From positions 1 to 56,613 of the IMG/VR virus record IMGVR_UViG_3300023106_000013: DNA of 56,613 bases. One strand, written 5' to 3'. Each line of letters opens with the position of its first letter. Position 1 is the stretch's first letter. The stretch is from a virus (Duplodnaviria; Caudoviricetes). The notes below the pieces were generated by a model. That model ran no database searches. It had not been told where the DNA came from and was given only the letters and a program-made list of their open reading frames with translations. The position numbers and the translations under genes were made by a program. Positions 42,655-53,527 of this stretch are shown here, piece by piece.

Positions 42655-44245
42655 AGCCAGCCTGCACAGTGGTATGATAGACCGAGACTAGCTCAATGTT
42701 GGGAGTGTTCACGCCGTTAACCGGAACCTGAACCTCCATCGAGAATACAAGTCCGGTGCGGCTAATCGAAAGTTGGCGCGAGCGGACATTGTAGCGCACA
42801 TCCCCAGAATCCCAAAGTGCGCTGTCCCAGAGCCCTACGTCCCACAACGATGTTGGGTCTGTATCTGGGATGGCATTGGGCGAGATGGGGAATTGCTGAT
42901 TGTAATCCACCGATGCGCTGAGGCGAAAGGCAAACGGGCGCGACGTATTCCAGATGGCTTGCGCCTGTTTAATGGATTTGGTCCATCCCGGCGTTCCTAA
43001 ATGATCCCAAGCGAATGCGGCCTGAGCAGTGTATGGCAGTCCGTTATCCGTTCCGCCAACCTCTGCCAGCCTTACCGTTCCATCATTGCACCCGAAATAC
43101 ATTTGACGGTTATGGACGCCAAAGCACCGATTATCCCAGCCTGTATAGGTGGAGATAGCGCCAGTCTTTAGATTGCCAACGATGGTTAAAGTGGGCTGAT
43201 TACCCGTAGCAGGGGTATTGACGTAGAAGGCATCCTTGCTATCGACCTTGGCGATTTCCCACGGAAGCGAAGCACGAGAGATTGCAGCCTCATTCCACGT
43301 GGGTTCGATCTTAACCGATATCGCATCCATGCCCAGAGCGCCGGGGTCTTTGTAGCGTGCTGCGGAAACAGGAACCATGCCCATTTCCGTCGCAATGATG
43401 ATATCACCACCGGCCCGGAACCAGCCGTTTTTTCCCATGGGCTTTGAAATGTCATACACGTTGACCAATGACCAGTCAGAGCCACCGGGGAACGATCCGG
43501 TAAACACAGCAGCCTCTCCCTCAGTAGACATAACCACGAGGTAGGATTGCATCGAAGCCGCGCCGCTTTCGCTTGACCATGTGGCTGTGAAGAGGATTGA
43601 CCCACCCTTATTGAATATCCCCGATAGGCTCAGCACAGCAGCCGCGCCGCCGATGCTATCAACCGGCAGATACCAAACATTGAGGCTATTCCCCTCAACC
43701 AAATAGATGCGGTTTCGATACGCATTGATATGCGTCAACCCATCGGTAGCAACACCCGTAATGGCTGGCGTCGAACTCGCATTGATAGCCATCCACGACG
43801 CCCCGTCATAAAGCTGCAAATCATCCGTGCCGTTCACAACCGGCATGAAATACCCGCCTGTCGTGGCAAAGTTGATAAAGGCGTAATAGTCTGAGGTCTG
43901 GCCTGTTACAGCCGGGGCCGGTGGGACGTTAGGATCAGCAGGCGAAGTCACATCATAGATACCGCCGCCTGACGCCGCAAAGATTGCCCGCGTATTCCCC
44001 ACGTAGGTCATGAGGCTTTCGACAGGTTCGGCACCAAGCGTGGCGTGTTTGATATTGCCACCCCGCACAGAAATCCCCGTACGCGTCGGACGCCAGTTGC
44101 ACATCACGATAGCCGTACCTGGTTCCATCGATCCAATGTTCTGGGACGTAACAAGACCCCCAATGGGGGCCGGGAGGGGTTTGGGCTGTGCTTGGGGCCG
44201 GGGTTGCCTGCTGCTCATGCTTGCGAGGCGATTGACAAGGCTCAT
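42644..44245 (-). CDS. Head-closure/tail nozzle protein (P22 gp10-like), strain-A allele
   Basis: 533 aa beta-propeller-like; PAPIGGL start; WDVGLWDSALWD motif. Confidence 0.75.
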   Translation of the reverse strand: MSLVNRLASMSSRQPRPQAQPKPLPAPIGGLVTSQNIGSMEPGTAIVMCNWRPTRTGISVRGGNIKHATLGAEPVESLMTYVGNTRAIFAASGGGIYDVTSPADPNVPPAPAVTGQTSDYYAFINFATTGGYFMPVVNGTDDLQLYDGASWMAINASSTPAITGVATDGLTHINAYRNRIYLVEGNSLNVWYLPVDSIGGAAAVLSLSGIFNKGGSILFTATWSSESGAASMQSYLVVMSTEGEAAVFTGSFPGGSDWSLVNVYDISKPMGKNGWFRAGGDIIIATEMGMVPVSAARYKDPGALGMDAISVKIEPTWNEAAISRASLPWEIAKVDSKDAFYVNTPATGNQPTLTIVGNLKTGAISTYTGWDNRCFGVHNRQMYFGCNDGTVRLAEVGGTDNGLPYTAQAAFAWDHLGTPGWTKSIKQAQAIWNTSRPFAFRLSASVDYNQQFPISPNAIPDTDPTSLWDVGLWDSALWDSGDVRYNVRSRQLSISRTGLVFSMEVQVPVNGVNTPNIELVSVYHTTVQAGYAV

Positions 44246-44919
44246 CCGAACGCTCCGGGCATGGTGTATCGGCCTCTACTTCCGCCGCCGATAATGGTCT
44301 GTCGAGAGCCAACATCACGGAAGCGCTGCTTTTCTAGGCGCTCCTGGTACTTGGCTAGATCAGCCGAGAAGTCGAAGCCCTTGGCCTCTTTCCAATTCCA
44401 GATAAACGAAAGGCGCAACAGTTCATCATCGAGAACGAACGTGTCAGTGTCAGCCGTGAACGTTGATGGATCGGACCCGACCACGATACTGGTTGAGATA
44501 TAGCCATAGGACAGCGGCATATTATCAGGCAGGATCGGCATGACATTGAGATTGCCGCCGAACACCATCCAGCGCTGCTGCCATGTCGCTACGGGGTAAT
44601 CGATCAGTTCAAGCCAATGATTGAAGTCCTGCATTTGCTGAGCAGGGTAGAAACGCCAATTCGGCCCGATAAGGGACGCATCCTTGACCATGCGGCTATA
44701 GTCGCTGGGGAGGGGGAAGGATGTCGCAATCCCGTCACCAGCAATTGTTGCAGTACGGATAAGGCGCTGCCAATCATAGTCATCAAGGATTTGCAGCGCC
44801 GCCGTGTTGACGGTGTTCGTTAGCTCCAAAGCCGTGCGATCAGTGCTGGCAAAGAGCGCTTGCGGGCGCTCAACGTCGATAACAAGACTAGCTGACTGCA
44901 CGATCTGGAGGATGTTCAT
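44242..44919 (-). CDS. Head-tail adaptor (copy 2)
   Basis: One residue (I/S) differs from 1230..1907. Confidence 0.7.
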   Translation of the reverse strand: MNILQIVQSASLVIDVERPQALFASTDRTALELTNTVNTAALQILDDYDWQRLIRTATIAGDGIATSFPLPSDYSRMVKDASLIGPNWRFYPAQQMQDFNHWLELIDYPVATWQQRWMVFGGNLNVMPILPDNMPLSYGYISTSIVVGSDPSTFTADTDTFVLDDELLRLSFIWNWKEAKGFDFSADLAKYQERLEKQRFRDVGSRQTIIGGGSRGRYTMPGAFG

Positions 44920-45620
44920 TATGCCTCACTAGGCGGCGTTTCGCTCAGGATGTTCAGAAGAGTAGCGCGGTTGGGGTTCCCCTTTGGGCGCGCCCCGTAG
45001 GCATCGAAAATCGCCTGCTTTAGCTCTTCATCGGTGCGCGGGTCATCAGTGCTGTCAGGCTCAATCGTTTCGGAGCCAATGGGCGCTGGACGGTTTTCCT
45101 GCACCATACGAACAAGCTCATCATTGCGAGCTTGCAGGGCTGCGATCTGAGCGAGTACATCCTTCATATCCACACGGCCACCGGCAGCGGCAAGATACTT
45201 CTGCGCAGCCTGTTTGAGCGAATGACCCTGCGGACCAAGGTTCTTGATGTTCTGCCCTTCAAGGCTTGCGAGGTTTTCAATACTGAAGATGGACAGCGCC
45301 TTGAGCGTCGAAAGCTGCACAGCCGTCAGGCCGGGGAGGTTCTGGAGTGGGGTGCCCGTAGCCTCATTGCCACCAGTTTCCTTAAACTTCCGATAATGGT
45401 CGGGGAAGCGCATGGCGTGGGTGATGACTTCGCCGTTCCGCTCCTCGTGGAAGCCATGGGCAAGATCGTGAAAGTTGAAATTGCGGTTGCCTGCGAAGCG
45501 GTATTCAATGCGCTCCTCATCAACGAAGATAGGACGGCCAGCCTCACGGGAGGCCAGAACGTCCTCAACCTGAGAGGTGTAGAAAATAGGCGTCATGCCT
45601 GCCTGTTCAGCGGTCTGCAT
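44919..45620 (-). CDS. Head-region protein (copy 2)
   Basis: Same protein as 1907..2608. Confidence 0.6.
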   Translation of the reverse strand: MQTAEQAGMTPIFYTSQVEDVLASREAGRPIFVDEERIEYRFAGNRNFNFHDLAHGFHEERNGEVITHAMRFPDHYRKFKETGGNEATGTPLQNLPGLTAVQLSTLKALSIFSIENLASLEGQNIKNLGPQGHSLKQAAQKYLAAAGGRVDMKDVLAQIAALQARNDELVRMVQENRPAPIGSETIEPDSTDDPRTDEELKQAIFDAYGARPKGNPNRATLLNILSETPPSEA

Positions 45621-45680
45621 TCAAGTTGTCCTTATGTCTGAGATAAGAGAAAGGCCGGAGCGAACCCCGGCCCCTTTGTC

Positions 45681-46016
45681 TTAGGTTGGGTTGGCGTTAA
45701 ACGCCCCACGCCGAACGTGGACAGCCTCACCAGTCAGGATCGCAAGGCCGGGAGGGGTATAGAAACCGCCCGCGCCGGTTGCGATGGACTTGGTCGCGGG
45801 CGTCATCGTAACCTGAGTGCCGGTAGTAGCCGTGGCTGCAATGTCAGCAGTCGCCACGACCCAGAAGTATTCACCCCCATCAACGCCGCGAACGACGCTG
45901 CCAAGCTGGTAGGAGGGTGCGCCGATGCTGTTAGCGCCATCATAGAACGCGACAGGCGCGAACTTCTGAGTAACGTCAGGACCAAGCGAGGGAGTAATGC
46001 GGAAGGGGTAAGCCAT
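45681..46016 (-). CDS. Putative decoration protein (copy 2)
   Basis: Same protein as 2669..3004. Confidence 0.5.
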   Translation of the reverse strand: MAYPFRITPSLGPDVTQKFAPVAFYDGANSIGAPSYQLGSVVRGVDGGEYFWVVATADIAATATTGTQVTMTPATKSIATGAGGFYTPPGLAILTGEAVHVRRGAFNANPT

Positions 46017-46031
46017 TTGTGTTTTCTCCTA

Positions 46032-47045
46032 TCACGCGGCTGGATTCGAGTCATAGAAGCGCCAGCTGTACTGAGGATTGCCCAGAACGAACTGACCTTC
46101 CCAGCCGATGAACTGTGCGAGCGCATCTTGATTGAGCGGCATCTGACCATCACCTTCAAAGAGACGATCAAAGGCGAACTCATCGCGGTAGTACACATAC
46201 AGCGAACGGCTTTCGAGGCCATAGGTTGTATTGGCTGGCATGGAAGCACGAATGCCCGAAGCCAGAACAGCATCAGCGCGACGGCCCGAACCGATGAACT
46301 CCAGAGCAGAGAACCCGATAGCGCCAAGGCGCGTCTGGTTGACAATGCGCTGATGCGCGACCATCGAGCTTTCAAGGGCGCTGAAGTGCTCCTGCGACAT
46401 GACCAGCAGGTCAGCCGAACGGTTGCCCTTCATGCGACGGCCCATGATTTCTCGAAGCATCGGCTGGATCGTGGTCGAAGTAACCTGAGTGCCAATGGTC
46501 GGGAAGGCAGAGTTTGCGTCCCAAGTGGTCGTCTGCCATTCTGGAATGGTGCGGGAGATACCGCCATACACGCCAGTATTGGTGACGATGGGAAGCGCAG
46601 CACCAAGGCCAACCATGTCACGACCATTAAAGGACGTGCCATTGCCGTTGATGGCGATTTCCAGACCGTCATTCAGGCTTTCAGTCGCAGCCTGAACATA
46701 GGACCGAATAAGCGGAATCATCCGGTCGCCAGTGTTAGCGCGGATTTCAGTGCCGGTGAAGCTGATCGGGGCGTAGATGGCGCTGGGCTGGAACACAGCG
46801 TCGTTGAACAGTTCGATGGGCGGGTTTTCGAGGAAATCGTAGCCCGTCGCCCACTGTGTGCCCTGCTTGGCAAACTGGAGGTGATGGCGGATTTCAGGGC
46901 CGTCAAAAGAGCGGTAGTTACCCTTTTCCTTGACGGTATTGAAAACCACGTTGGAGTTGTAGACCAGTTCCTCAATGCCCGGCTTGTAATAGGCCAGAGT
47001 GGCGCTGAGGGTCTGCTGATAAGCACGCACCGGATTAATGGGCAT
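46032..47045 (-). CDS. Major capsid protein (copy 2)
   Basis: Same protein as 3020..4033. Confidence 0.85.
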   Translation of the reverse strand: MPINPVRAYQQTLSATLAYYKPGIEELVYNSNVVFNTVKEKGNYRSFDGPEIRHHLQFAKQGTQWATGYDFLENPPIELFNDAVFQPSAIYAPISFTGTEIRANTGDRMIPLIRSYVQAATESLNDGLEIAINGNGTSFNGRDMVGLGAALPIVTNTGVYGGISRTIPEWQTTTWDANSAFPTIGTQVTSTTIQPMLREIMGRRMKGNRSADLLVMSQEHFSALESSMVAHQRIVNQTRLGAIGFSALEFIGSGRRADAVLASGIRASMPANTTYGLESRSLYVYYRDEFAFDRLFEGDGQMPLNQDALAQFIGWEGQFVLGNPQYSWRFYDSNPAA

Positions 47046-47070
47046 GTAACATTCCCTTAGGGTTTAGAGA

Positions 47071-48261
47071 TCAACCATTGACGGATCGCGCCGCCATTTT
47101 GATTGCCTCATCGAGTGACAGTTTGGCGGACTTGCGCGGGACTTCTGCCCCGTAGGAAAGTGCGCCTTTGACGGATCTACTGCCAGCCGGGTTTAGCGGC
47201 CTCTGGGCATTCGGTGCCGGGGCTACCGGCTCTTGCTGGGTATAGGAACCAACGGGGTTTATCCGTTCGGCCATGTCGTATGCTGCTTCCAAACGCTGTC
47301 GTTCAGGAAGTGTGAACGGCACTTTACCACTGTTCAGGAAAAACGCAATATCGGGCTCTAGCTCCTGATACCGTGGATGCTCTGCTTTGAACGGCGCGAT
47401 GATGGAACGTTCAATCTCTGCATTACGCGCCTGCTCTCGGTCCTGCTGGGTTCCAGCAGTGAGTTGCTGAATCTGCTGCGTCAGGGTTTGGACTTGCTGC
47501 TGAAGCGCCTGAGTTTGCCGGTCTGCCTGCGTCGGAGCGGGTTGATTAGCCTGCCCCATGACATGCTGGGCATACTGCTGGGGAGTGACGCCGATGGACT
47601 GCAAAATGCGCTCGACACCAGCAGCGGGGTTTTCGCGAAGGAGCTTGTCAATGTTGGTGTAGTTTGCAAGCGCTTCCTTTACGGTTGTGCCCGCGCCCTT
47701 CGCCATCTCATCGAACTCGCGAAGCTCCTTGCGGTACTCCACGGCTTCGCGGCCCTCATCAAGGCCTTTCTCGTAGTTCTCCATCATGCGGTGCACTTCG
47801 CCGCGAACATCCGGGTTTACCCCAGCCCATGCCTCTTTGGCGCGTGGCAAGAAGTGAGCAGGAGCGCGATTGATATCCCGGCCCTCAGACGGACGAGGTT
47901 CGCCGCGTTCCTGCTCTACTTCCGCACCTTCCGCTGGGTCGCCAGCTTCGGGGTCTAGTTCTGCCTTGGGTTTGGCAGTGAATTTTCCATTATCGCCACG
48001 TTCAGGTGCTACCTTCTCAGGCTTAGGCTCAACCTTGGCTTCTGGCTTTGCCTCTTTGGGCTCAACCTTTGGCTTGGGTTCCTTATCGGCGCTTTCCTTC
48101 GTCTCGGCTGCGGCCTGCTTTACAGCATCCTCAAGAGACATGGGCTTTTCAGGCTCAACGGGCTCTGGGGCTGGAGCATCAGGGCGAAACTCTGCGCTCC
48201 CCGGAGCAGGCGCATCATTGTCGATAACCGTGGAGAGAGGTTCGGTATTCAATTCGGTCAT
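47071..48261 (-). CDS. Scaffolding protein (copy 2)
   Basis: Same protein as 4059..5249. Confidence 0.8.
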   Translation of the reverse strand: MTELNTEPLSTVIDNDAPAPGSAEFRPDAPAPEPVEPEKPMSLEDAVKQAAAETKESADKEPKPKVEPKEAKPEAKVEPKPEKVAPERGDNGKFTAKPKAELDPEAGDPAEGAEVEQERGEPRPSEGRDINRAPAHFLPRAKEAWAGVNPDVRGEVHRMMENYEKGLDEGREAVEYRKELREFDEMAKGAGTTVKEALANYTNIDKLLRENPAAGVERILQSIGVTPQQYAQHVMGQANQPAPTQADRQTQALQQQVQTLTQQIQQLTAGTQQDREQARNAEIERSIIAPFKAEHPRYQELEPDIAFFLNSGKVPFTLPERQRLEAAYDMAERINPVGSYTQQEPVAPAPNAQRPLNPAGSRSVKGALSYGAEVPRKSAKLSLDEAIKMAARSVNG

Positions 48262-48293
48262 TTTGTTTCCCTTGTCTGAGTTGGGAGGTTTAG

Positions 48294-48653
48294 TTATTCG
48301 CCAAGGCGACCGGCGTTAAGATCGGCAAAGGCCCGTTCTGTCGCCTCACGTATCAGGTTCTCATCTGGCTTGCGGTTCGCCTGCGCTTGCTGCTTGTAGG
48401 ACTGGTCATCGCCTATCTCCACAAAAGTAGCCCCCTGAGGGTTTCCACCGGGCTTGTAGCTCTCACGCATAGCGGCTTTGGATGTGTACATTTGACCGTC
48501 AGCCATGCTCATGAGCGCGGGTTGCTCATCGCTAGTGTTGATGCGCGGGAGCGGGGGCGGGTTGCGATCATCGTATGTGCGATAAACGATTGGCTCAACC
48601 TCGCCAGTATCGAGATTCAAGAAACCGCCCGGAACTGATTTATACCGGGTCAT
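48294..48653 (-). CDS. Hypothetical protein (copy 2)
   Basis: Same protein as 5282..5641. Confidence 0.7.
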   Translation of the reverse strand: MTRYKSVPGGFLNLDTGEVEPIVYRTYDDRNPPPLPRINTSDEQPALMSMADGQMYTSKAAMRESYKPGGNPQGATFVEIGDDQSYKQQAQANRKPDENLIREATERAFADLNAGRLGE

Positions 48654-48780
48654 ACGAACCTCACTGCATATTGCCCGAACTTGATAAGCCCGTAGGCCGC
48701 TGCGATCACGAGACTACGCATAAAAACCCACATACCTATTGCGCGGAGCTTTTCGCCGTCTGAGAGCGAATGTTTGTCCA

Positions 48781-49473
48781 TTATCCTAGTGCCTGATCCG
48801 TTGCTGATGTAATTGTTGCTGTCGTTCCTGAGACGCGGCGAAGGGCCCAGAACCAGCCTGTAGGAACCCATGCTGACAACTGATTGCGCTGCCCGATGCC
48901 TAAGCCGATAACCAATGCAATGCCTGTCACGGAAGCGCGGAATGTAGCTACCGCCGTTCCGCCCGTTCCTGCTGCTACCTGAGCCTGAACGGGGCCAATG
49001 CGAAGCTCTACGGTATCGGCCTGCGTACCAATCACTGTCACTGTATACGCAGTGTCGATCATGGCGCTGATAAAGCTAGGTTTCGTCGGTACAGATGCCG
49101 CGTAAGCCGTGCCAAAGGCGGGCGTTACCACAGTCGGAGCGGAGACGATGGCGGGGCCAGCGGGGCCGGTTGCGCCATTAGTCCCATTCGTGCCGTTTGT
49201 TCCTGCGGTGCCTGTGGCTCCGGTGAGCCCTATCGGGCCTTGTGAACCAGTATCCCCTTTAGCGCCAGTTGCTCCCGTGCTTCCTGTCGCGCCAACGGGT
49301 CCGGCTGGGCCGATGGGTCCGATTGAACCAGTAGGTCCAGATGGTCCAGTGTTCCCCGTAGCCCCAACCGCACCCGTTGCTCCGGTATCGCCCTTATCAC
49401 CTTTGACTCCCTGCGGGCCTTGGGCTCCATTCCTTCCGACAATCGGGTTCTGTACGCTCCAGTGGTTTATCAC
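48781..49473 (-). CDS. Collagen-like fibre protein (copy 2)
   Basis: Same protein as 5769..6461. Confidence 0.85.
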   Translation of the reverse strand: MINHWSVQNPIVGRNGAQGPQGVKGDKGDTGATGAVGATGNTGPSGPTGSIGPIGPAGPVGATGSTGATGAKGDTGSQGPIGLTGATGTAGTNGTNGTNGATGPAGPAIVSAPTVVTPAFGTAYAASVPTKPSFISAMIDTAYTVTVIGTQADTVELRIGPVQAQVAAGTGGTAVATFRASVTGIALVIGLGIGQRNQLSAWVPTGWFWALRRVSGTTATITSATDQALG

Positions 49474-49787
49474 AGCGCACCAATCTCATAATCGACAGTG
49501 CCAGCAGCCGACATACCTGGGTCCATCGTAATTTCGAAAGCTTCACCCGGGCCATTCTTGTAGGTGTTCTGGCTGTCTGAGCTTTTGTATCGAATCTGCC
49601 CGCCATCAGTCACGTAGTATGGACCAGCTACTAGATTGCTTGCCGACCAAAACCACACCCTAAGGCTAGTTGGAGCGGAATGAGCGAACGTCAGGAATAG
49701 CTCACGCGCTAGGAAATACTCGCTTGTTCCCGGCGTGAAGATAACGTGAGGACCGGGGCCGGTAATGTCTATGCTTTGACGTGACAA
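49470..49787 (-). CDS. Hypothetical virion protein (copy 2)
   Basis: Same protein as 6458..6775. Confidence 0.6.
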   Translation of the reverse strand: MSRQSIDITGPGPHVIFTPGTSEYFLARELFLTFAHSAPTSLRVWFWSASNLVAGPYYVTDGGQIRYKSSDSQNTYKNGPGEAFEITMDPGMSAAGTVDYEIGAL

Positions 49788-49796
49788 TGCACTCTC

Positions 49797-50312
49797 CTAA
49801 AAGCCAAAGAGCAATTCATAGACTGCGGCAGGGGTGAGATTGCCAACGCCAGCCGCAAACCGTACCCACGTATTGCCGCCGATCAATTCAGTCTCATATG
49901 AGGTAATTGGGAATCCGCCGATGGAAACCTTTAGGCCCTGAAGTGCTAGGAGGTAGTTGCTTTGGAACACCGCCAGATAGCGTCCGCTTGCAGTGTCATT
50001 GTAGAATGACAGGAGCGTGGTTGAGGCTGTAGGTTGCGCACTTATAGAGCCGAAAGCGGGCTGTGGAAGGGTTGCGGCACCCGTTGAGTACCCAACATGC
50101 TGCCCGTTCGTTCCCGCTGTCATGTTGATTGTCTGGAAATTCCAGTTAACCGGCGTGAAGCCTTGAACGATGAATGGCGTTCCCTTGTTATCCAGCACGA
50201 TAGGGAGCCCAAAGCCATTATCTGCAATCGACATTACCGGCGCGTTGACGGCTGTTGGCCTGACTGGAACACCGATGCCATTTGTTGCGATCACTACAGG
50301 GAAACCAGCCAT
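49797..50312 (-). CDS. Hypothetical virion protein (copy 2)
   Basis: Same protein as 6785..7300. Confidence 0.6.
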   Translation of the reverse strand: MAGFPVVIATNGIGVPVRPTAVNAPVMSIADNGFGLPIVLDNKGTPFIVQGFTPVNWNFQTINMTAGTNGQHVGYSTGAATLPQPAFGSISAQPTASTTLLSFYNDTASGRYLAVFQSNYLLALQGLKVSIGGFPITSYETELIGGNTWVRFAAGVGNLTPAAVYELLFGF

Positions 50313-51025
50313 TAGCTCCAAATCCCGTATGATGCATTGCTATGGATAAGCTGCCATTGCGTTTCAGCGAGACTGTAAATGAACTGGAACAACAGCGTCT
50401 TGCCCGTAACCGTCGAGGTTCGCAGATCAATCGAGGTAAAGGCGTTATATGCTACATTCCATGTGATTGCGCGGTTTGTGCCGTTGTCTCGAATACGAAT
50501 GATGAGCGATTGACCATCAACCGGGATGCCAGTTGGGGCTGCAATCGTCAACGCCCCCGACTGTGCAGAGATGGCTGCAATGTCAGTATTGTTGGCGTTG
50601 GGGGTTAGAGTTGCAGTTGTGGCGACCGTAACAAGGCGGGGCGCTAGATAGGTCGGGATTGCAGGCACCCCACTCAGATCAGCATAAGCGCCGCTAGTGG
50701 CAACCGCTGCTAGCCCGGTGATGGTGCTAGCGGATTGCGTCCCCGTCTGGTTAGCGCGGGCAAAGGCATCCGAGTTCTTATTCTGCGGATCGTACACACT
50801 CTTGAGCATGTCCCCAGCGCCAGCATTTACCCAAGTAAAATCGAGGTTGGCGTTACTGAGCTTGCCGAGAACCTGCCCTGTTAGGCCACCAGCAGGGACA
50901 GCCTGCAACATCGATGCAAGATCGGTACGAATGACTAGGTTTCGATCCACCACGCCAGCGCCGGGGCCTATGGGCAATGTGGACAGATAGTCTCTGAGAG
51001 TGCGGCTAGGCAGTGGCGCGGCCAT
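50312..51025 (-). CDS. Fibre-like virion protein (copy 2)
   Basis: Same protein as 7300..8013. Confidence 0.7.
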   Translation of the reverse strand: MAAPLPSRTLRDYLSTLPIGPGAGVVDRNLVIRTDLASMLQAVPAGGLTGQVLGKLSNANLDFTWVNAGAGDMLKSVYDPQNKNSDAFARANQTGTQSASTITGLAAVATSGAYADLSGVPAIPTYLAPRLVTVATTATLTPNANNTDIAAISAQSGALTIAAPTGIPVDGQSLIIRIRDNGTNRAITWNVAYNAFTSIDLRTSTVTGKTLLFQFIYSLAETQWQLIHSNASYGIWS

Positions 51026-51201
51026 TAGGTAGCCTCCCCCATGAGATAGTTGCCGTTATCGTCGGTGAGGTAAACGCCGTTATCGTCCGTGAGAAGAGCC
51101 ATGCCGGGAGGAATGGACGGAACAGCGCCGCCTAAAATGCCAGGATAAGCCAGCCTCACATTAAGCATAAGCCCGCGACGGCCTTTGGTCTTAACGCTCA
51201 T
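51025..51201 (-). CDS. LTDDNG-repeat small protein (copy 2)
   Basis: Same as 8013..8189. Confidence 0.65.
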   Translation of the reverse strand: MSVKTKGRRGLMLNVRLAYPGILGGAVPSIPPGMALLTDDNGVYLTDDNGNYLMGEAT

Positions 51202-53527
51202 TTGTCGGACCCTTTGGCTTCATGGCTGCAACCATAGCTGTCTGTCGCGCCTGTTCGGCCTGCTGATCTAGCTTGTCGTACTCAAGCTGCGTATCAATCG
51301 CCAACTCCTCGCGCTTGAACTGCTGTTCGGCTGCAAACCGCGCATCCTCAGAGATTTGACGCTGTGCCTCTAGGGCCGCTTCTGCATCGAGAGAAAGCTG
51401 CGTTGTTTGGATATCCGCGCCAAGCTGGGCCTCTTCACGCGCCACCGCAACCTGAGCATCCAACTGCTTGGCCTGCGCATTGCCCTCAGCCTTGATCTGT
51501 TCCTTCATGGCCTCAGTCTGGGGCTTAGAGGCAATCTCTTGCTCCTTGAGGCCAATCTCACGTTCGCGCAAGGCCATCTCGGCGGTCTTATACATGCCGT
51601 CCTGTTCGACCTTCTTAGTCTCAATCCCGACCATGGCCTTCTTGTACTCAGCCTCAGCGGCGTTCTTTTCCGCATCAGGGTTGGGCTGAGGAGGCGTGTT
51701 GCTCATCGTATCAATCCATTCATCAATAGACGACATGAGCGCACGGGGCGGGCGGTAAACGTCGAGATTCCACTTGAGGATTTCACCAGCAGCAGCCGAA
51801 CCCCCACTCTGGATCATCGGCATAAGCGCCTGCATGCCTGTAGCCAGAGCGGCAAGGAACTCATTGCGCATCTGCTTCTCGGCCATCTCATCGGGGTAGA
51901 TCGTGGAATCTGTCTCGATATCGAAAATGAACGGGTCGGTCTTGGTATCGTTCAGAAGCTCTTTGACCATTTCAACGGTAACAGCAGCAGCGGATTTCTT
52001 CACCGCCTCAGTTGCCTCGGAAATGATCTGCTGTGTCTGCTGCTGGGCTTGCTGAGCGGCCTCTTGGGCCTTCTGAGGGTCTTGAGCGGCTAACTGCTCA
52101 ATCTGCCCTTCAATCTCATCGATCTGCTCTTTGGCCTTGGTTTCAATCTCTTTGATTTCGCGCTTCACTTCCGCATTGGTCGGAAGCTGCATTTGCGCCA
52201 TCTTGAGAAGCGTATCGATGTTGAACTCTTCAGCGAATATCTCAACCATGATGCGGCCTGCATCACGGGCAATGCGCTCTAGACCCTTCACTCGGTCCCG
52301 GCTGCGGGCCGATGTATGCTGCACCTTGATCTGCTGAGCGCCAAGCGTTTCGTTCGGGTCACTGTCGCCACGCTGAATGTCAGCTACACCAAGAAGCTCT
52401 TGAACGTTGCCAATAAGCTCACGGCGCTCCTCAACAGCAGCTAGGATGGTCTGCGCTACCTGATCAATCGGGAGCCATTCAACCAGCTTGCTTGCGCCAG
52501 ACGATAGAGACATAGCAGGTACGGGAACGAAGATGCTGGAGGCATTCTCGCTCCGCATCGCCGTTTCAACCGCATCCCCGATATCCGTACCAGCCGGGAT
52601 AATGCCGATAACCCGCAAATGTTCTGCGAGGTCGTGGATGCGCTGGGTAAGGAGATTGATCGTCTCCAACTGCCCCTGAATATACACCATATCCGGCACA
52701 GGCACGAGGCTGCGGCGCTGGCGTGTACCATAGGCGGGCTCAGGGCATGGGAAGAATCCCTTGAGCTTCAGGTGTGGCTCTTCACGTTCCAGAATGTCGG
52801 GAAGGCCATCGCAAATCCAGATGACCTTCTTTTCGTTGCGGTCCCAGATTTCCCATACAGCGGCTTTATTGACGGTATCTTTGACGCCGTTAGTGCTGGA
52901 GTCTCTGGCCTGCTCAGTGCGCTTCTCAGTGTAGGTCGCATCATCTGCAACTCCTTCACCAAACCGATCACGCATTTCCTTCTTGGTCATCCAAGCGCGA
53001 CGGGCAACCCAGCTAACTTCAGTCCACTTGCGAACTGGATCATGCGCGAAGTCGTCGCGATCCAAATCCTCAATGCAGACCTTTTCTTCGCCATCATCCT
53101 CGTAACTTACCCAAAGTTGTCCGCGTGAGTTGATCGCTAGATCATCACGGACGCCAAGCATGGAAGAATTGATGTTGGTTAGGTCGAACCCTGCAATTGC
53201 CGAGCGCTCCAGCAACTCAGCCGTTACGCGCTTGACCGGCTTACGGTCCTGAAACTTTGTCGTGACAACTGGAATGGGCGGGCGGGAATAGATGGAAGGC
53301 TTGATAACCTCCATCGAAGCCCAGAACAGATCATACTCACGGTCTACAATCGCCATCTCTGTAAGCGTAATGCCAGAGAGGCTTTGGAGGCCGGAGTAAA
53401 CACGGTCGATCTGGTCGCACCGATGAAACCAGCGGTCAAACTCCTTGCGATAGCACTCAATGGCCTCCAGATAGGGAGCCGCTGATTTTGGATCGACGCT
53501 GTGAGGCTCGCTATCGCCAAATGCCAT
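51191..53527 (-). CDS. Portal protein (strain B allele)
   Basis: 778 aa; differs from copy 1 in residues ~296-348. Confidence 0.88.
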   Translation of the reverse strand: MAFGDSEPHSVDPKSAAPYLEAIECYRKEFDRWFHRCDQIDRVYSGLQSLSGITLTEMAIVDREYDLFWASMEVIKPSIYSRPPIPVVTTKFQDRKPVKRVTAELLERSAIAGFDLTNINSSMLGVRDDLAINSRGQLWVSYEDDGEEKVCIEDLDRDDFAHDPVRKWTEVSWVARRAWMTKKEMRDRFGEGVADDATYTEKRTEQARDSSTNGVKDTVNKAAVWEIWDRNEKKVIWICDGLPDILEREEPHLKLKGFFPCPEPAYGTRQRRSLVPVPDMVYIQGQLETINLLTQRIHDLAEHLRVIGIIPAGTDIGDAVETAMRSENASSIFVPVPAMSLSSGASKLVEWLPIDQVAQTILAAVEERRELIGNVQELLGVADIQRGDSDPNETLGAQQIKVQHTSARSRDRVKGLERIARDAGRIMVEIFAEEFNIDTLLKMAQMQLPTNAEVKREIKEIETKAKEQIDEIEGQIEQLAAQDPQKAQEAAQQAQQQTQQIISEATEAVKKSAAAVTVEMVKELLNDTKTDPFIFDIETDSTIYPDEMAEKQMRNEFLAALATGMQALMPMIQSGGSAAAGEILKWNLDVYRPPRALMSSIDEWIDTMSNTPPQPNPDAEKNAAEAEYKKAMVGIETKKVEQDGMYKTAEMALREREIGLKEQEIASKPQTEAMKEQIKAEGNAQAKQLDAQVAVAREEAQLGADIQTTQLSLDAEAALEAQRQISEDARFAAEQQFKREELAIDTQLEYDKLDQQAEQARQTAMVAAMKPKGPTNER